Positions 62,909-64,000 of a DNA stretch of 64,000 nt are shown in pieces (the stretch's first letter is position 1; every line of letters starts with the position of its first letter). Position numbers and translations under genes: made by a program. The notes beneath the pieces are model-generated. The model was not told the DNA's origin. It made no database searches and saw only the letters and a program-made list of their open reading frames with translations. The stretch is from NCBI GenBank assembly GCA_964586255.1, contig CAZPGE010000005.1, positions 12,775 to 76,774 of the forward strand, written 5' to 3'. This DNA comes from an uncultured Candidatus Saccharibacteria bacterium. GTDB taxonomy: Bacteria > Patescibacteriota > Minisyncoccia > Phycocordibacterales > UBA2100.

Positions 62909-63715
62909 GTGGGAGAAGTTCTCGGCAGATGGTTTGGTAAAAAGAGAGAGCGAGCGTCAGAAGCGCCGCAAGTCGGCCCAGAAGAAATATCTCGAGCTCC
63001 AATTGTTGCGTGTGTCGGTCCAGTAGAGATGTATTCTGCAGAGGACTTGGCTGCACTGCGTGAGCTCAAAAATCATGCCGAAAATGTTGACTACTCGGCG
63101 TATGAGACCGAACATAGAAGTCGAGGTCAGAAGAGTGAAGGGTATCAAACCTACGTCGTCTCTTCAGTCAATGAGTCGCCAAAATACTCTGAAAAGTACA
63201 AGAATTGCACGGGTGTACTCGGTGTTGGAATCGACATGACGACCGGGAGAAACATTTCTTTTCTTACTCACCAGGACCCGAGGCAGATTATGGCTTCGCA
63301 GAGAAGGTGGCTCGGATTCCTTGCCGACTTGCGGCATGCTCTCAGCGACCTACGGGATAGAGCAGATAAAACGAGCATTGATATCGTCGTATTTGCAGGG
63401 GACTTTGACTTTGATAGAACCAGTGTAGTAGATGCACGCTCGAATGATGGCAAGACAAGGACAGACGACTACCACGATGTCGTGGCGAGTGTAGGAGAGC
63501 TGGTGAGAGATGTCCTCGGTGTTGATCCACGAGTGGTCGTGGGCCCAAAGGAAGTATCCAACGAGGGGGTCAACGTAATTTTTGACACACAGAGGAGGCG
63601 CCTATTCATGACTCGCCCTGAGCAAGAGGGATTCGACAACAATACTGATTTTCGCTCCAAGGAGGTTGCAGCCCATCTGGATACCCTTCAGAATGGAAGA
63701 AACAGAGACGCGTAG
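62909..63715 (+). CDS. Hypothetical protein (GTG start; alternative ATG at 63029)
   Basis: Sits between lemA and htpX where a TPM/YgcG protein is often found; no TPM motifs seen. Confidence 0.45.
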   Translation: MGEVLGRWFGKKRERASEAPQVGPEEISRAPIVACVGPVEMYSAEDLAALRELKNHAENVDYSAYETEHRSRGQKSEGYQTYVVSSVNESPKYSEKYKNCTGVLGVGIDMTTGRNISFLTHQDPRQIMASQRRWLGFLADLRHALSDLRDRADKTSIDIVVFAGDFDFDRTSVVDARSNDGKTRTDDYHDVVASVGELVRDVLGVDPRVVVGPKEVSNEGVNVIFDTQRRRLFMTRPEQEGFDNNTDFRSKEVAAHLDTLQNGRNRDA

Positions 63716-63725
63716 TATAGTAGGA

Positions 63726-64000
63726 ATATGGCATCACTCTACACACATCAAAGCAGTAACGTCGCAAAGACATGGGCCCTCATGATTGGGTTTTTTGTGC
63801 TTGTCATGGCGGTGGGATGGTTTGTCTCGATGTACTTCGGCGAGCCGCTCTACCTTTATGTAGCAGTCGCGTTCTCTATAGTCATGAATGTCACGGCGTA
63901 TTGGTTCTCCGACAAGATTGCACTCTCTTCAGCGCACGCAAAGGAAGCCGACTCCGTGAAGTATCTCGAGCTGCACCGCATCGTGGAAAATCTTGCCATC
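63726..64000 (+). CDS. htpX: Protease HtpX (M48 zinc metalloprotease), 3'-truncated by the window end
   Basis: MASLYTHQSSNVAKTWALMIGFFVLVMAVGWFVSMYFGEP...AKEADSVKYLELHRIVENLAI matches the HtpX N-terminus; TATAGT 6 nt upstream. Confidence 0.75.

Noticed and set aside
1-64000. tRNA, rRNA, tmRNA, RNase P RNA, CRISPR arrays, transposases or integrases
   Set aside because: No T-loop-like GGTTCGANTCC motif was seen in intergenic regions; no repeat-spacer arrays; no rRNA-like conserved stretches; no recombinase or transposase motifs in any ORF.

Overview
This is a compact bacterial window with 1-10 nt gene spacing, many overlapping stop/start codons and GC mostly high by eye. Gene content suggests a monoderm-like, small-genome lineage, possibly Patescibacteria/CPR: a short MetK, RNase J with a disordered N-terminus, a sortase, and many small membrane or secreted hypotheticals. 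The standard genetic code applies, since TGA and TAA are both used as stops.

Recognisable core genes:
- Information processing and chaperones: DEAD-box helicase, TypA/BipA, RNase J, SecG, GroES/GroEL.
- Cell-wall and UDP-GlcNAc metabolism: GlmS, YvcK, Ddl.
- Redox: DsbA-like, MsrB, a TrxB-like flavoprotein.
- Repair and other: MetK, PpiB, two HhH-GPD DNA glycosylases that both lack the usual Fe-S cysteine cluster, TspO, a DHOD-family protein.
- Transport and proteolysis: an OppA-like substrate-binding protein, LemA, HtpX (3' partial).

Noteworthy content:
1. An AT-richer island (about 15.95-22.35 kb) carries a near-full-length homolog of the single-chain type IIL restriction-modification enzyme MmeI.
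   - It is preceded by an ArsR-family HTH gene flanked by two identical copies of a 26-nt near-palindromic repeat.
   - G9 and G8 homopolymer tracts lie between that repeat and the enzyme gene.
   - Downstream are a SET-domain gene, a membrane protein, a saccharopine-dehydrogenase-like gene (these three translationally coupled) and a divergent membrane PD-(D/E)xK protein.
2. A 3110-aa secreted giant protein (52766-62095) combines three domains that each look cell-wall-targeting: a 3D domain, a LAS-type Zn-peptidase motif (H-x6-D ... H-x-H) and a zeta-toxin/CPT-like P-loop kinase. It also has coiled coils, a PT linker and an Ig-like C-terminus, and a cysteine-rich secreted neighbour lies upstream.
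3. A roughly 85-95 nt structured repeat occurs twice (after dsbA and after groEL). Its outer stems and both inner hairpins differ between copies while pairing is preserved, consistent with selection on structure.
4. A candidate SAM-I-type riboswitch lies upstream of metK on the minus strand.
5. An extended -10-like motif (TGnTATACT, TAGAAT or TACAAT) sits 5-9 nt upstream of many start codons, suggesting widespread leaderless mRNAs.
6. A 555-nt ORF-free structured region lies upstream of glmS.

No tRNA, rRNA, CRISPR array, transposase or integrase was found. All calls are from motif reading of the sequence and ORF translations; no database search was run.
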